A stretch of DNA of 63,634 nt, filler included, from Octopus bimaculoides (lineage: Eukaryota), in assembly GCF_001194135.2 (NCBI RefSeq). It is 4 parts of 4 records of this genome, joined end to end, with 100 filler letters (N's around TTAATTAATTAA, not from the genome) between each part and the next. Parts side by side here need not be neighbours in the genome. Positions count along the whole stretch, not along the records: positions 1 to 13,452 come from NC_068984.1; 3 more parts are not named here. One strand, given 5' to 3'. Under the pieces are notes generated by a model. It was given only the letters and a program-made list of their open reading frames with translations. It made no database searches and was not told the origin of the DNA. The position numbers and the translations under genes were made by a program. This document shows positions 1-12,066 of this stretch, piece after piece. Each line of letters begins with the position of its first letter. Position 1 is the stretch's first letter.

Positions 1-129
1 CTCCTGCAACTGTCTCACTAGAAATAAGGCATCAGTAGTGCTTTTACCTGGCACGAACCCAAACTGCATCTCATCTAAATATATATATATTTATATTTAT
101 ATGTATATGCAAACCATAGAAAGTCAGGT

Positions 130-640
130 AGGTGATTTCTCTAGCCAATGTTTTGTGTGTTGTTTATTAAAACTAGTGTTGAGTGTTTTTGTATGAATAA
201 ATGGTAGAGAATGGTAGTTAAAATGGTTTTTGCAGGAGCTGTCATATATTTTTCAGAGTGGGGTTTGTGAGTAGAGTGGTGATTCAGGGTAGTCTGAATG
301 TGTGTTGTGATTTGGAGAGGGTGATACGTGGATTAAAATGTCAAATATCAGAGTTTCAGGAATGTTAGAGAGTATGCTTTGGAGGGAGATAGGTCTGTAT
401 GATGTAACTTCACAAAAAATTTTGTTGACTTTAAAATTGTTATAATTTTGCCCTGCTTTCAGATTTTGGGAATTTGGCAAAGTTAGGTGTAAGTAGATGT
501 AAACATCAGTTACATGCTGTTGTATGGTGGAATAAATAAATAATGTGTAGTGATTGAAGAGATTGTTTGGTGAAAATACAAGTTGTGTAAGGTATGGCAT
601 TGGAAGTAGAATGTTTGTAGTGACTGTTGATACTATGTAT
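130..640 (-). mobile_element. Degenerate non-LTR retrotransposon reverse-transcriptase fragment (L2/CR1/Jockey-like)
   Basis: ORF 253..600(-) contains TSYRPISLQSILSNIPETLI, matching the LINE pre-RT motif YRPISLL..L.K..E. Flanks are decayed and the clade is not resolvable. Confidence 0.6.
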
Positions 641-671
641 CAGTGGAGTGATGCTGCATGTTATTGAAATC

Positions 672-1255
672 ATCATCATCGTCAACATTTGATGTCTTTT
701 CCATGCTGGCATGGGTTGGATGACTTGACAGGAACTGGCAAGGCCAGGGATTGCACCAGGTTCCATAGTCTGTGTTGGCTTGGTTTCTATGGCTGGATGC
801 CCTTCCTAATACCAACCACTTTACAGTGTTCTGGGTGTTTTTTACATGGCACCAGTACCCACACCAATGCTTTTTACATAGCATCTTGGTTTTAGCTTCT
901 GAATTCTGTTGTGCTAGGTGGGTCTTGTTAAGTACAGCGATGTGCCACATATCTTGGTCCTCTGTTACATCCTTCATAAGGTTCAACGCTTTGAGGTCAG
1001 CCTTCAATACTTCATCCCATGTCTTCCTGGGTTTCCCTCTTCTACAGCTTTCCTCCTCTTTAAGTGATTGGCACTTCTTTATGCAACTGTCCTCATCCAT
1101 CTGCATCACATGACCAAACCAGCATAGTCTCCTCTCTTGCACACTGCATATAATTCCTCTTATGCCAAACTTCTCTCTCACTGACATCACACATCCAGCA
1201 GAACACACTAGCTTCGTTCCTATCCAGCCTTTGCACATTCTCTGCATTCAGAGCC
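672..1255 (-). mobile_element. 5'-truncated RTE-clade LINE (ORF2 C-terminus, 3'UTR and (GAT)n tail)
   Basis: ORF 633..1247(-): VQERRLCWFGHVMQMDEDSCIKKC...RRGKPRKTWDEV, homologous to the C-terminus of the 7910..8833 ORF. Ends in CCAACCCATGCCAGCATGG...GATGATGAT like the other copies. Confidence 0.9.
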
Positions 1256-1771
1256 CATGTCTCATTATCATCCAGCTGTCACAGGGCATATGACAGTACT
1301 GGATTTTCATTGTAAGAAAAAAACTAGTTGAGTATGATCAAATGAATATGCAGTGTAAAGTTGAAAGAAAGGTGAAACTCAAATGAATTTTTAAAAAAAG
1401 AAAGAGCTGGATATAAGCTCCCATCCTCCATCAGACAACAGATGTTTGTTTTCATAACGACATGTAATTTAATGGAGATTTAATCTGCCACATGATAGAT
1501 CTGAAAAAAATCCATAAACTAAATGGAGTAGAGATAGACTGAGGACAACTTGAAGTGAAGTAGCTGGGAGATGGTTTAAGAAAGTCACACTTCCAAAATA
1601 TGATAAAAGAATAAGAAATTATGAGAGAAGTAAGATTCTATATTGCTTTTACTGTTCAGCATATTGTAGCATGGCTAAAACATACATTAAGTTAATGATG
1701 AAGTTCACAGTGACGTATACGTATATACTTTGAAGGCATATATAAATGTAGAGCATTTATATAACAATAGC

Positions 1772-1818
<47 letters not shown>

Positions 1819-1821
<3 letters not shown>

Positions 1822-2030
1822 TTCAGACAAATACATAAAAACACCAGGACTTACAAATATATATAACATACAGAAAATTGCACTACTGGGCACTGCACAC
1901 ATCCTACGCAAAACACTTTCAATACAGTAACCATAAGAGCAGCACAGCAAACCACAGCACATACCCAAGGCACACAGAGCTGCGCTCGGTAGTGAAGTAA
2001 AAGCACGTTATAAAAATAAAACTACTGAAC
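1819..2030 (+). mobile_element. 3' end of an R4/Dong-like (restriction-like endonuclease) non-LTR retrotransposon
   Basis: KTPGLTNIYNIQKIALLGTAHILRKTLSIQ* (stop 1928-1930) matches the R4-clade C-terminal motif IQK..LLGTA.ILRK.L. Short 3'UTR; (AAT)n on both sides (1772-1818, 2031-2049). Confidence 0.7.
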
Positions 2031-2049
2031 AATAATAATAATAATAATA

Positions 2050-2235
2050 GTGATTTCAAATTTTGGCACAAGATCAGCAATTTCAGGGGAGTGGGTAAGT
2101 TGATTATGTCAACCCCAACTGGTACTTATTTTATCAGCCCCGAAAGTATGAAAGGCAAAGTTGACCTCAACGGAATTTGAACTCAGAATGTGAAGATTGC
2201 CTGGTGTGCTAACGATTCAGCCAGCTTGCCACTCG
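2050..2235 (-). mobile_element. tRNA-derived SINE, family C
   Basis: Reverse complement reads GGCAAGCTGGCTGAATCGTTAGCAC...TTCTGAGTTCAAATTCCGTTGAGGTCAACTTTGCCTTTCAT...AAAATAAGTACCAG; same family as 48890-49065 and 59803-60125. Confidence 0.75.
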
Positions 2236-2236
2236 A

Positions 2237-2259
2237 ATAATAACAATAATAATAATAAT

Positions 2260-2304
<45 letters not shown>

Positions 2305-2356
2305 AATAATAATAATAATAATAATGATAATAATAACAATAATAGTAATAACAATA
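2237..2356. repeat. Compound (AAT)n-(AAC)n-(AAT)n microsatellite
   Basis: Directly visible trinucleotide runs. Confidence 0.95.
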
Positions 2357-2884
2357 AATAAATAAATGCATTGATAATAGATAATGGAGTAATAAATGTG
2401 CATAAAGCGATTAATACGTTAAAAAAATAAACAAAATAATGCTGTTGGGAAATTTTGTTGGAATTGACAATGTATAGTGTTTCTCTTGAGTGCTTTAATG
2501 AAATGATTATGGATTGACAAGTATTTGTCCATGAAGGGCATTTAGACATAAAAGCTTACTGTACACCATATGTTATGGACCTCCTTTCTCTAGCGATAAA
2601 TGTAGCCTTGAAATACATCTAACTCATACGTGCATGGAAAAACAGGTGGTTAAATGGGAATGACAATGTTGGTGTTGATTTTGTTGATTGTTTTTGCTGT
2701 AACTCCATAAAATTTACATTAGTATCGTCTTTATTTGCCTTCACTGAACCTCCCCATATTATCTTAATACTTATCATGATTCCATAATGGGACAGGGCAT
2801 TAAGTTTCTCCTCTTATTACATGGTTAGCCTCTGGTCTCAAAATGATGTTCGCTGTAATATTTCTATGCAAAATGAAGAAGACT

Positions 2885-3245
2885 TGTGCATAGTGGCTGT
2901 GTGGTAAGTAGCTTGCTTACCAACCACATGGTTCCGGGTTCAGTCCCATTGCGTGGCACCTTGTGAGTGGATTTGGTAGACGGAAACTGAAAATAAGCCC
3001 ATCGTATATATGTGTATGTATATATATATGTGCGTGCATGTGTGTGTCTGTGTTTGTCTCCCTCAACATCGCTTGGCAACCGATGCTGGTGTGTTTACGT
3101 CCTCGTAACTTAGCAGTTCAGCAAAAGAGACCGATAGAATAAGTACTAGGTTTACAAAGAATAAGTCCTGGGGTTGATTTGCTCGACTGAAAGGCAGTGC
3201 TCCAGCATGGCCACAGTCAAATGACTGAAACAAGTAAAAGAATAA
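2885..3245 (+). mobile_element. tRNA-derived SINE, family A (internal deletion)
   Basis: TAGTGGCTGTGTGGTAAGTAGCTTGC...GGTTCAGTCCC head, GAGTGGATTTGGTAGACGGAAACTGAAA core, central microsatellite, 3' GCTCCAGCATGGCCACAGTCAAATGACTGAAAC; many other copies in the window. Confidence 0.85.
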
Positions 3246-4359
3246 AAGAGTATATGGTTTAGCTGGCTGCTTTGTTTATTCTCCTGCCATGTGGTACTGA
3301 CGTTCTAAATCTTATTATAATCATCATCATCATCATCATCATCATTATCCCAGTCTTTATTATTCTCATTAAATATATTTTCTATGATTGTAAAAAAACT
3401 TTGATAGTTTGTATGAAGCCACAAATAAAACCATACCAAATGTATTGAGTGTTGATGAAGCGTAGAAGAGTATATATAAAAAATATGGTAATTTTTTTTA
3501 TATAAGAGAGAGCAGATGTTTCACCCATATAGGCTGTCCCAAAAGCCTAATTTCATTATTACAGAAGAAAAAAAAAAGCTTACAAAAATGAAAATAAATA
3601 ATAAAATACAAAGTCTCCAGCATTGTGACATTTAGGTCTTTACCTATTTCACCTTCCCTGTAAATCTGTGGCCTGTTAAAAGAAATCAAGTGCAATCTTA
3701 GTGAATATGTGAAATAAATAATCTTCCCTCCAGTATGAAAATGAAGAGAAATCTGGTCCTTCCACTTGTTCATGAAATGTTCTACATATGTATGAGCAGT
3801 TTGACATGTACCCGAAGTGTTCCACATGAGTATGGGATTCACTGCACTGTGCAAAATACTCTCCTTTCTTTTTATACTGTTGTTATTTCTTACAATACAC
3901 TCACTTCCAAACTTGAAGCTTCCCCCGAATCCCTGAATATGTAGTATTTAATGGTTTAATGGTGTAGGCTATCCAGCAGATGTGACCTGATGTTTTTAGT
4001 AACTGCTTGTGTGGGTGTGTATTTTTTGATGTGGCTGTGACTAATATTTCAATGTTTTGTGTAAACCCTTCTCTGTGTTTACTGAAAGCCGTCTCTGCTT
4101 AAAAGCTGTCTAGTGAATAGTGTGTCAAAATAATAAAACAGGCTGTATTTGTAGAGAAACTCTTCATTCTTGTCATCACCCTAAATACTAGCAAATAAAG
4201 AAAGCAATTGAAAAAGCAAGAAATATTTTATGTTCCTTTCACTAAGGGGTAGACACAAATATAAATGACTTATATGACATCTCAGAATGCATATATCTGG
4301 TGAGATTGAAAATAGAATTTCCACTCCGAGAAAGCAATTTATTTTATGATTAACTTCAT

Positions 4360-4510
4360 TATCATCATCATCATCATCATCATCATCTAATGTCCACTTT
4401 CCATGCTGGCATGGATCAGATGGTTTGACTGGAACTGGAAAGCTGGAGAGCTGCACCAAGTTTCCGTCTGATTTAGCATGGTTTCTATGGCTGGATGCCT
4501 TTCCTAACAC
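4360..4510 (-). mobile_element. RTE LINE 3' terminal fragment with (GAT)n tail
   Basis: (CAT)n followed by TTTCCATGCTGGCATGGATCAGATGG...GGCTGGATGCCTTTCCTAAC, the same terminus as 672-830. Confidence 0.8.
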
Positions 4511-4888
4511 CCAGCTTATCTAAATAAAATAATACTTTCTCCTTTTGATAATATGGTAAAATTCTAAATTGTCTTATATTAATTTTATGTTAATTTACTG
4601 TAACTGAAAGCATTTCTGAAAACTTACATTTGAGTTTTTAAGAGTAACTATTATTTTACACCTGGATGTCCTTTCTTACAAATGTCAATACAAGAGCAAA
4701 GTGAAACTGGTGGTACCTGTTCTTTATTAGATAAGATGATGCAGAATCACACATCTTATCTAGAGTGTCAGATGATGACTGCTGGAATGCTTGAACTCCC
4801 TGACTTTTTGTTAGTATTGTATAATACTTTGTATTAGTACTAGTATTGTATACCCTTGGACTCTTTATTACAATGCTGGTATTCTGTC

Positions 4889-5115
4889 TTAACCCTTCAG
4901 CATTCAAATTAATTTATCAAATGTAATGCTTATTATCCACATTTTAAAAAATTGATCTTGTGTTATCTTGTAGCTTCAAGATTTTGAAGATGTGACTGTT
5001 TACTTTTAGAATGACATCGTAGGGTAGGTGTGAGAGTTTGGACCTGGCCATTTTTCAACATAAAACAGGTAGAATGTTTGGGCCAGATAAGATCAGTTAA
5101 ATGCTAAAGGATTAA
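4889..5115. mobile_element. piggyBac-like MITE
   Basis: TTAA-CCCTTCAGCATT (4889-4904) ... AATGCTAAAGGA-TTAA (5100-5115): imperfect TIRs starting CCC, with TTAA target duplication and no ORF. Confidence 0.7.
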
Positions 5116-6947
5116 TTTATATAAAATTTATTTTTCAAGATTATAAATACTAATTTGAAATAGAAAATAGCAACACACACCCACACTGACAAGAACTGTT
5201 CAAAACATGTTATTGTAATGAATATGTTGTTCATTTCATGGGCAGTGGATGGCAGCAACATTAGACCATTGCAATATTTAGTTGTTTCTCTTTACATTCT
5301 GGGTTCAAATTTCACTGAAGTTGGTACAAAATTTAAAAGCAAAATAAAAACTGTTTTTTAAATTAAATAGTTTATGAGGTACAGAAACTGTATGAAATTA
5401 AAGTAGTGGAGAACTTTCCCTGTGCTGTGTTCACTGTTCAAGACACTGGAGATCTAAATCTGTTTCTGGTGGTGCAATACCAGGTTAACTGGAAAATGAT
5501 GTGTTGTTGCAGTAGTCTTCAGTGCAAAGATCAAGTCTTTTTTAAATAAGGATGATATGATATCGTACTCTTGAGAACAGGAGGAGACACATGGGATGAG
5601 AACAGGAGGAGACACATGAGATGGAGAGTCACTGAAGAGGTCATAGGATGTGTGATGGAAGATTTCAGACAAAGGGCACTAAAATAAGAATAATAATAAA
5701 GCTGAAGTGAAAAATGAATATATAGTGCATGTAGTTATTTGGCAGGAAGAAAAAAAAACAGAAAATGACCATCCCCAAATATAACGATATCTGTTCAACA
5801 CATGATTTCACATCAAGAATCTTGTAAAACAAATACATAAATGTAATAATGATATGATAATAATTTCCTGTAATTTAGTGCTAGGTAGTTTTTATAGGGA
5901 GTAGAGTGTATTTAATTCTAAGCTATGATCACAACTTTAATGTATTGGTAGTATATATTTTATTTATTAACACTTTGTAGGTAAATGTCAACTTTGATGT
6001 GACTCGAGCTCAGAACAATCTCAGATTAGTCTCTGGAATTCATAAATTATTCTGTGGCTTTCTATTGGTTCATTCATTACCACAACTCCATAGTGAGTTA
6101 GCAGAAATGATAAGGCACCAGAATAAAAGCAGTACAATATCTAGTCTTATATTTGTGTACTCAAAGTTTAAATCCTCTCAAGATAGATTTTTCAGATAAG
6201 CATCTAAGGATGATAAATTAAATACAAGTAATATAGTTGATAAGAGCCATCAACTATATTCCTTGTCATTTATTTATAAATCAGTGCGGATAAAGAAAGC
6301 TAGCTCACCAGTACAAGGCTTTGGTCAGCCAAGGCTATTGTGGAAGATTATAGCCCTGAGTCTACCAAAGCCTTGTTAGTGGATTTGGAGATGGAAACTG
6401 AAAGAAAGCCATCATATATATGTATGCGATAATTGTAAAGGAGTGTCACTATCATTCAAGTGATGCCATTCATTTCCAGTCTTTTGTGAAAACACATTAG
6501 TGTATATGTTTACATTTATGTACGTTGACTACAACATTAGAGCATTTTAGCTCTTATTTCTAGTAATGTAGGTGTTTCTAACACCGTAATCACATTTAGT
6601 GACTGTTATACTTCCTTTTGGTGACACACTGCAAACTGCTGTTTATATTAATTTTATGTATAAACATTAGCAAATCGCTAAATCATCCATTAATTTGGAT
6701 GATGAAAGCATATATACTAATAGAGAAGTGAGTCTGAAAAGAGCTGAAGTTTGAGCCAGTCTTAACTGATGAGGCAACAGAAATTGCTGAAACTGATGTC
6801 AGTATTAGGAATTCTTGATTGGCATTTTTCAGGTGATTAAGGTTCCTGTTAATGTGTGTGTGTGTATAAAAGCACTCATGCTGGTAGTGGNNNNNNNNNN
6901 NNNNNNNNNNNNNNNNNNNNNNNNNNNNNNNNNNNNNNNNNNNNNNN

Positions 6948-6989
<42 letters not shown>

Positions 6990-7016
6990 CATACATATAT
7001 ATATGTATATATATAG

Positions 7017-7340
7017 TGAAGGCACATGGCTTAGTGGTTAGGGCATTCGGCTCATAAGCGTAAGGTCATGAGTTCAATTCCCGGTGACGTGTTGTGTCCT
7101 TGAACAAGACACTTTATTTCACATTGCTCCAGTTCACTCGGCTGGCAAAAATGGGTAGTACCAGTATTTCAAAGGGCCAGCCTTGTCACACTTTGTGTCA
7201 TGCTGAATCTCCCTGAGAACTACATTAAGGGTACACATGTCTGTGGAGTGCTCAGCCTCTTGCATGTAAAATTTCACGAGCAAGCTGTTCTGTTGATTGT
7301 ATCAGCTGGGACCCTCGTTGTCGTAACTGACAGAGTGCTC
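7017..7340 (+). mobile_element. tRNA-derived SINE, family B
   Basis: A box TGGCTTAGTGG, B box GAGTTCAATTCCC, then TTGTGTCCTTGAACAAGACACTTTATTTCAC core; related copies at 18485-18815, 28570-28790 and 63290-63430. Confidence 0.8.
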
Positions 7341-7392
7341 CTTTTTATATCTATCTAGTCAGGGAGCAGTAGAATATATAGATAGGTATATG

Positions 7393-7513
7393 GGGTTTCA
7401 TGTCCATAAAATGCTCAGCTTTACATCGTTTCTTCAGATCCTAGAATCTGGCCTACAGGTTTTAGGGTCTGAAGAAATGCTGTAAAGCTGAGCGCTTTAT
7501 GGACAGGAAACCC
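7393..7513. repeat. Long imperfect inverted repeat (58-bp arms, 5-nt loop); foldback/MITE-like
   Basis: 7393-7450 is the near reverse complement of 7456-7513; loop GCCTA; weaker outer complementarity at about 7376-7392 and 7533-7553. Confidence 0.85.
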
Positions 7514-7566
7514 AGGGTAACCCCGTACACCGCCCATATCTCTCTATCTATCTATTTACACCCCTA

Positions 7567-7606
<40 letters not shown>

Positions 7607-7637
7607 CTATATGTATATATATGCACACCTAGATGCA

Positions 7638-9349
7638 TATGGATATAAATATATATATGGTTAGTGAGAGCTGTGCAAGCCATGTACAGGAATGCTGTCA
7701 GTAAAGTGAGGGTTGGCAACGAGTACAGTGAAGAATTCTGGGTAGAGGTAGGGGTCCACCAAGGTTCAGTCCTCAGCCCCCTCCTATTTATCATAGTCCT
7801 CTAGGCAATAACAGAGGAATTCAAGACAGGATGCCCCTGGGAGCTCCTCTATGCTGATGATCTTGCTCTAATTGCTGAGTCACTATCAGAACTAGAGAAG
7901 AAGTTTCAGGTGTGGAAGCAAGGATTAGAATCGAAGGGTCTTAGAGTCAACCTAGCTAAAACTAAAGTCCTAATAAGTAGAAAGGCAGACAAGCCACAAA
8001 TCCCTTCAGGTAGATGGCCCTGCTCAATCTGTAGAAAGGGCGTAGGTAGAAACTCTATAAGATATACCCAGTGTAACCTATGGACATATAAGAGGTGCAG
8101 CAATATCAAAGGAAGTCTAACTGGGAAGATAGTTTTTGTATGTGGCAGATGCTCAGGAGCAATAAACACTGAAAATGTGCAGAGAACAACTTCTGCCACA
8201 TTCCAGGCAGAAAAACTAGAAGTAGTTGATAACTTCTGTTACCTAAGTGACCAAGTCAGTAGCCGGGGTGGTTGCTCTGAAAGTGTAGATGCTAGAATAG
8301 CCTGGGCAAAGTTCAGAGAGCTCCTACCTCTGATGGTGACAAAGGGCCTCTCGCTCAGAGTAAAAGGTAGACTGTATGACATGTGTGTACGAACAGNNNN
8401 NNNNNNAAAAGGTAGACTGTATGACATGTGTGTACGAACAGCCATGCTACATGGCAGTGAAACATGGGCTGTAACTGCTGAGGACATGCGTAAGCTTGCA
8501 AGGAACGAAGTTAATATGCTCTGCTGGATGTATAATATCAGTGTGCATACTCAACAGAGTGTAAGTGCCTTGAGAGAAAAGTTGAACTTAAGAAGCATCA
8601 GATGTGGTGTGCAAGAGAGACGACTGCCCTGGTATGGTCATGTGGCGAGAATCGCTGAGGATAGCTGTGTGAAAAAGTGTCACACCCAAGCGAGTGGAAG
8701 AGGTAGGCCCAGGAAGGCCTGGGATGAGGTGGTGAAGTACGACCTTCAAACATTAGGCCTCACCGAGGCAATGACCAGTAACCGAGACCTTTGGAAATAT
8801 GCTGTGCTTGAGAAGACCCGGCAAGCCCAGTGAGACCATAACCCGTGGCCTATGCCAATGGTGTAACCAGCCCACTTATGCGTACCTTTCCTTCTTTGGA
8901 CACTAAACTCTGCTTGCGAAGACCTGTTGAGGCAAGTGAAATCGAGATCAAGTTCGATGACAGCACCGCATGACTGGCATCTATGCTAGTGGAGCACTAA
9001 GGGCACCTTCCGAGTGTGATCGTTGCCAGGGCTGCTAACTGGCTCCCATGCCAGTGGCACATAAAAAGCACCATTTGAGCGTGATTGTTACCAGCGTTGC
9101 CTTACTGGCACTTGTGCTGGTGGCACGTGAAAAACAACATTTGAGCGAGGTTGTTGCCAGTGCTGTTTGACTGGCTCCTGTGCAGGTGGCACGTAAAAAA
9201 CACCATTTGAGCATATCCGTTGCCAATACCGCCTGAATGACCCTCGTGCCAGTGGCATGTAAAAGCACCCACTACACTCTCGGAGTGGTTGGTGTTAGGA
9301 AGTTGGTGTCCAGCTGTAGAAACTCTGCCAGACCAGATTGGAGCCTAGA

Positions 9350-9383
<34 letters not shown>

Positions 9384-9612
9384 CTATATGTATATATATG
9401 CACACCTAGATGCATATGGATATAAATATATATATGGTTAGTGAGAGCTGTGCAAGCCATGTACAGGAATGCTGTCAGTAAGGTGAGGGTTGGCAACAAG
9501 TACAGTGAAGAATTCTGGGTAGAGGTAGGGGTCCACCAAGGTTCAGTCAAACCGTCCAACCCATGCCAGCATGGAAAGCGGATGTTAAACGATGATGATG
9601 ATGATGATGATG
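7638..9612 (+). mobile_element. 5'-truncated RTE-clade LINE: RT core, PHD-like insert, C-terminus, 3'UTR and (GAT)n tail; inactive
   Basis: GVHQGSVLSPLLF (about 7752-7790), premature TAG 7802-7804, YADD 7850-7861, ORF to stop at 8833 (RRLPWYGHV, GRGRPRKAW), 3'UTR with ~66-bp tandem repeats, (GAT)n tail 9591-9612. Confidence 0.95.
9050..9270 (+). repeat. ~66-bp tandem repeat (about 3.5 units) in the RTE 3'UTR
   Basis: Unit GC(C/T/A)(A/G)GTGGCAC(A/G)T(A/G)AAAA..CA.CATTTGAGC recurs at about 9050, 9116, 9181 and 9248; the same units occur in the copy at 11890-12060(-). Confidence 0.8.
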
Positions 9613-9992
9613 TACACTCATACAAATACACGCATGTACACATACACACTCTCACATAGCATGCACACAGATATTGTGAACATGTGAGATAGTGTGTCTA
9701 AAAATTGATAAAGAGAAAGACAGAGAGAGAGAGAGATAAATTAAGGAGTGACTGGTAAGCTGGTATTAATATTTCATCCATATTTATTTTCAATGATGTC
9801 TTTAGAAATCCCAAATTGGAGAGTTCATAAATTAGCTGCTGCTCTAAGATGTAGCATATGGGTTCAAGTGTTCAGGTATGTCTTGGCCCAGTTTTATGTT
9901 TCTTATCACTAAATGAACTGCCATAAACATAATAAATTGTTTTCATTTGGCAAATACAGCTTAGCTCATTCACACACACACTCATGCGCACG

Positions 9993-10029
<37 letters not shown>

Positions 10030-11302
10030 CACTACATATATAGACTCCCTACTTTCCTTATTAGACATTGGTCAAGTGGGTTATGAAGCATAGTATTGAC
10101 TGAAGGGCAAAAGGTTTGTATCTTATATACTAAAGGTGTTAAGTGCCTTGCCATAGGACAGGCACATCATAATTTATATATGCCATTTTCCTAAATTTTT
10201 GCTTTTTTAGCAAGTTATTTGGATATGAAGTAGATAGTGCTGCTTTAGTTAATATGTCATGACATCACAGTTTCTTTTAGTTAATGTTGACTTTATTTGT
10301 TAATAGCACAAAATACACTCAAATGCCAATCACATATGTAGATATAGTATTTAACTATACAAATGCCGATCACATATGTACATATAATAGTTGTACAGTA
10401 TATAATTTGGAGCACCATTCAGTATGCTGAGATGGGGGAGAAAAACCCTTTAGGTTGTCTGGTTTAACTTAGTAAATACATTTGGATCAGTTCCCTATGA
10501 TACACAAACTGTTGTTGAGGGAAGCAGAGAATGCTTTGTCATAGATGTGGCAAAGGCATATGAAAGAAAGACTAAAGATGAGAGCAAAGAATAAATCCTC
10601 AGTGAATAGGAAAACAAGATAATTGCTGTTTGGTGTGGTGCAGTGGTCACATGGCTAATAGAATGAGAAACATGGGTTAAATGAAACTGGACATTGGCAT
10701 TGCTGGAGGGAGTGATCCTGTTGATAGGTGCTGAAATCATTCTGATTTCTGCTCAACAGCTAATGAAGGTAGTGTCTTGTAGTGCAACTGTATGTAAAAT
10801 ATCAAATAATAAATATAGCCAATTACTGAACACATAAGCATATATAACAGTAGAATTTCATTAATCTAGTATTCACCAGTCCAGTAGACTTAAATGCCTA
10901 GCACTTTTTTTGGATTTCACCAAATTTTTGTCACTAGTTGCTGATATCACTACCTCAGTTTACATACAAGTTGAAAAAAGCAGTGGTTAGTACCTAAGTG
11001 TTTTGTATCTGCTGCTTATATATTGCTCATCATCATCATATAACATCTACTTTACCATGCTTGCATGCATCAGAATTTGTTGAGCAGATTTTTCTATATT
11101 TGGATGCTCTTCCTGTCACCAATCCCTACTTGTATCTAAGTGAGGTGATATTTTCCCATAGCTAGACATATTTTTCATGGAAGACTGGAAATGAATTCTG
11201 ACATGTTTATGACACTAAGGCTCATTTACAGCCATCACATAATGTCAGGACAAAGGTAGACACAAACATACACACACACAGATACATACATCTACCTATA
11301 CA

Positions 11303-11600
<298 letters not shown>

Positions 11601-11697
11601 TTTCTGAATATGCCTTCCAGTGGTAATTAGAGTAACAGATTTGGGAAATCTGTGGAAAGAAAGCATGCAACTCTCACATAACATCTGGAAATTGAAA

Positions 11698-12066
11698 TCA
11701 TCATCATCATCATCATCATCATCCTCATCATCATCATTGTTTAACGTCTGCTTTCCATCCTAGCATGGGTTGGACGATTTGACTGAGGACTGGTGAACCA
11801 GATAGCTACACCAGGCTCCAATCTGATTTGGCAGAGTTTCCACAGCTGGATGCCCTTCCTAACGCCAACCACTCCGAGAGTGTAGTGGGTGCTTTTACGT
11901 GCCACCGGCACGAAGGCCAGTCAGGCGGTACTGGCAACGGCCACGCTCAAAATGGTGTATTTTACGTGCCACCTGCACAGGAGCCAGTCCAGCGGCACTG
12001 GCAACGATCTCGCTCAAATGTCTTTACACGTGCCAGGAAGGCGACGCCTGGCACAGGTGCCATCAC
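11698..12066 (-). mobile_element. RTE LINE 3'UTR fragment with (GAT)n tail
   Basis: (CAT)n, then TTTAACGTCTGCTTTCCATCCTAGCATGGGTTGGACG...CCACTCCGAGAGTGTAGTGGGTGCTTTTACGTGCCAC, matching 9240-9612. Confidence 0.9.

Noticed and set aside
3690-3845. Minus-strand peptide ...GPDFSSFSYWRE resembling the lipin-2 C-terminal motif
   Set aside because: Similarity is limited to about 10 residues; upstream and downstream residues do not match and the frame overlaps another open frame.
7017-7090. tRNA genes (also 31753-31820 and 59805-59890)
   Set aside because: A and B boxes are present but no intact cloverleaf was apparent, and each continues into a multi-copy SINE body.
8362-8441. Apparent tandem duplication within RTE ORF2
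   Set aside because: Identical 35 bp on both sides of a 10-N gap, indicating an unmerged contig overlap.
9050-9270. CRISPR-like repeat-spacer array
   Set aside because: Diverged contiguous tandem units inside a LINE 3'UTR of a eukaryotic genome; no unique spacers and no cas genes.
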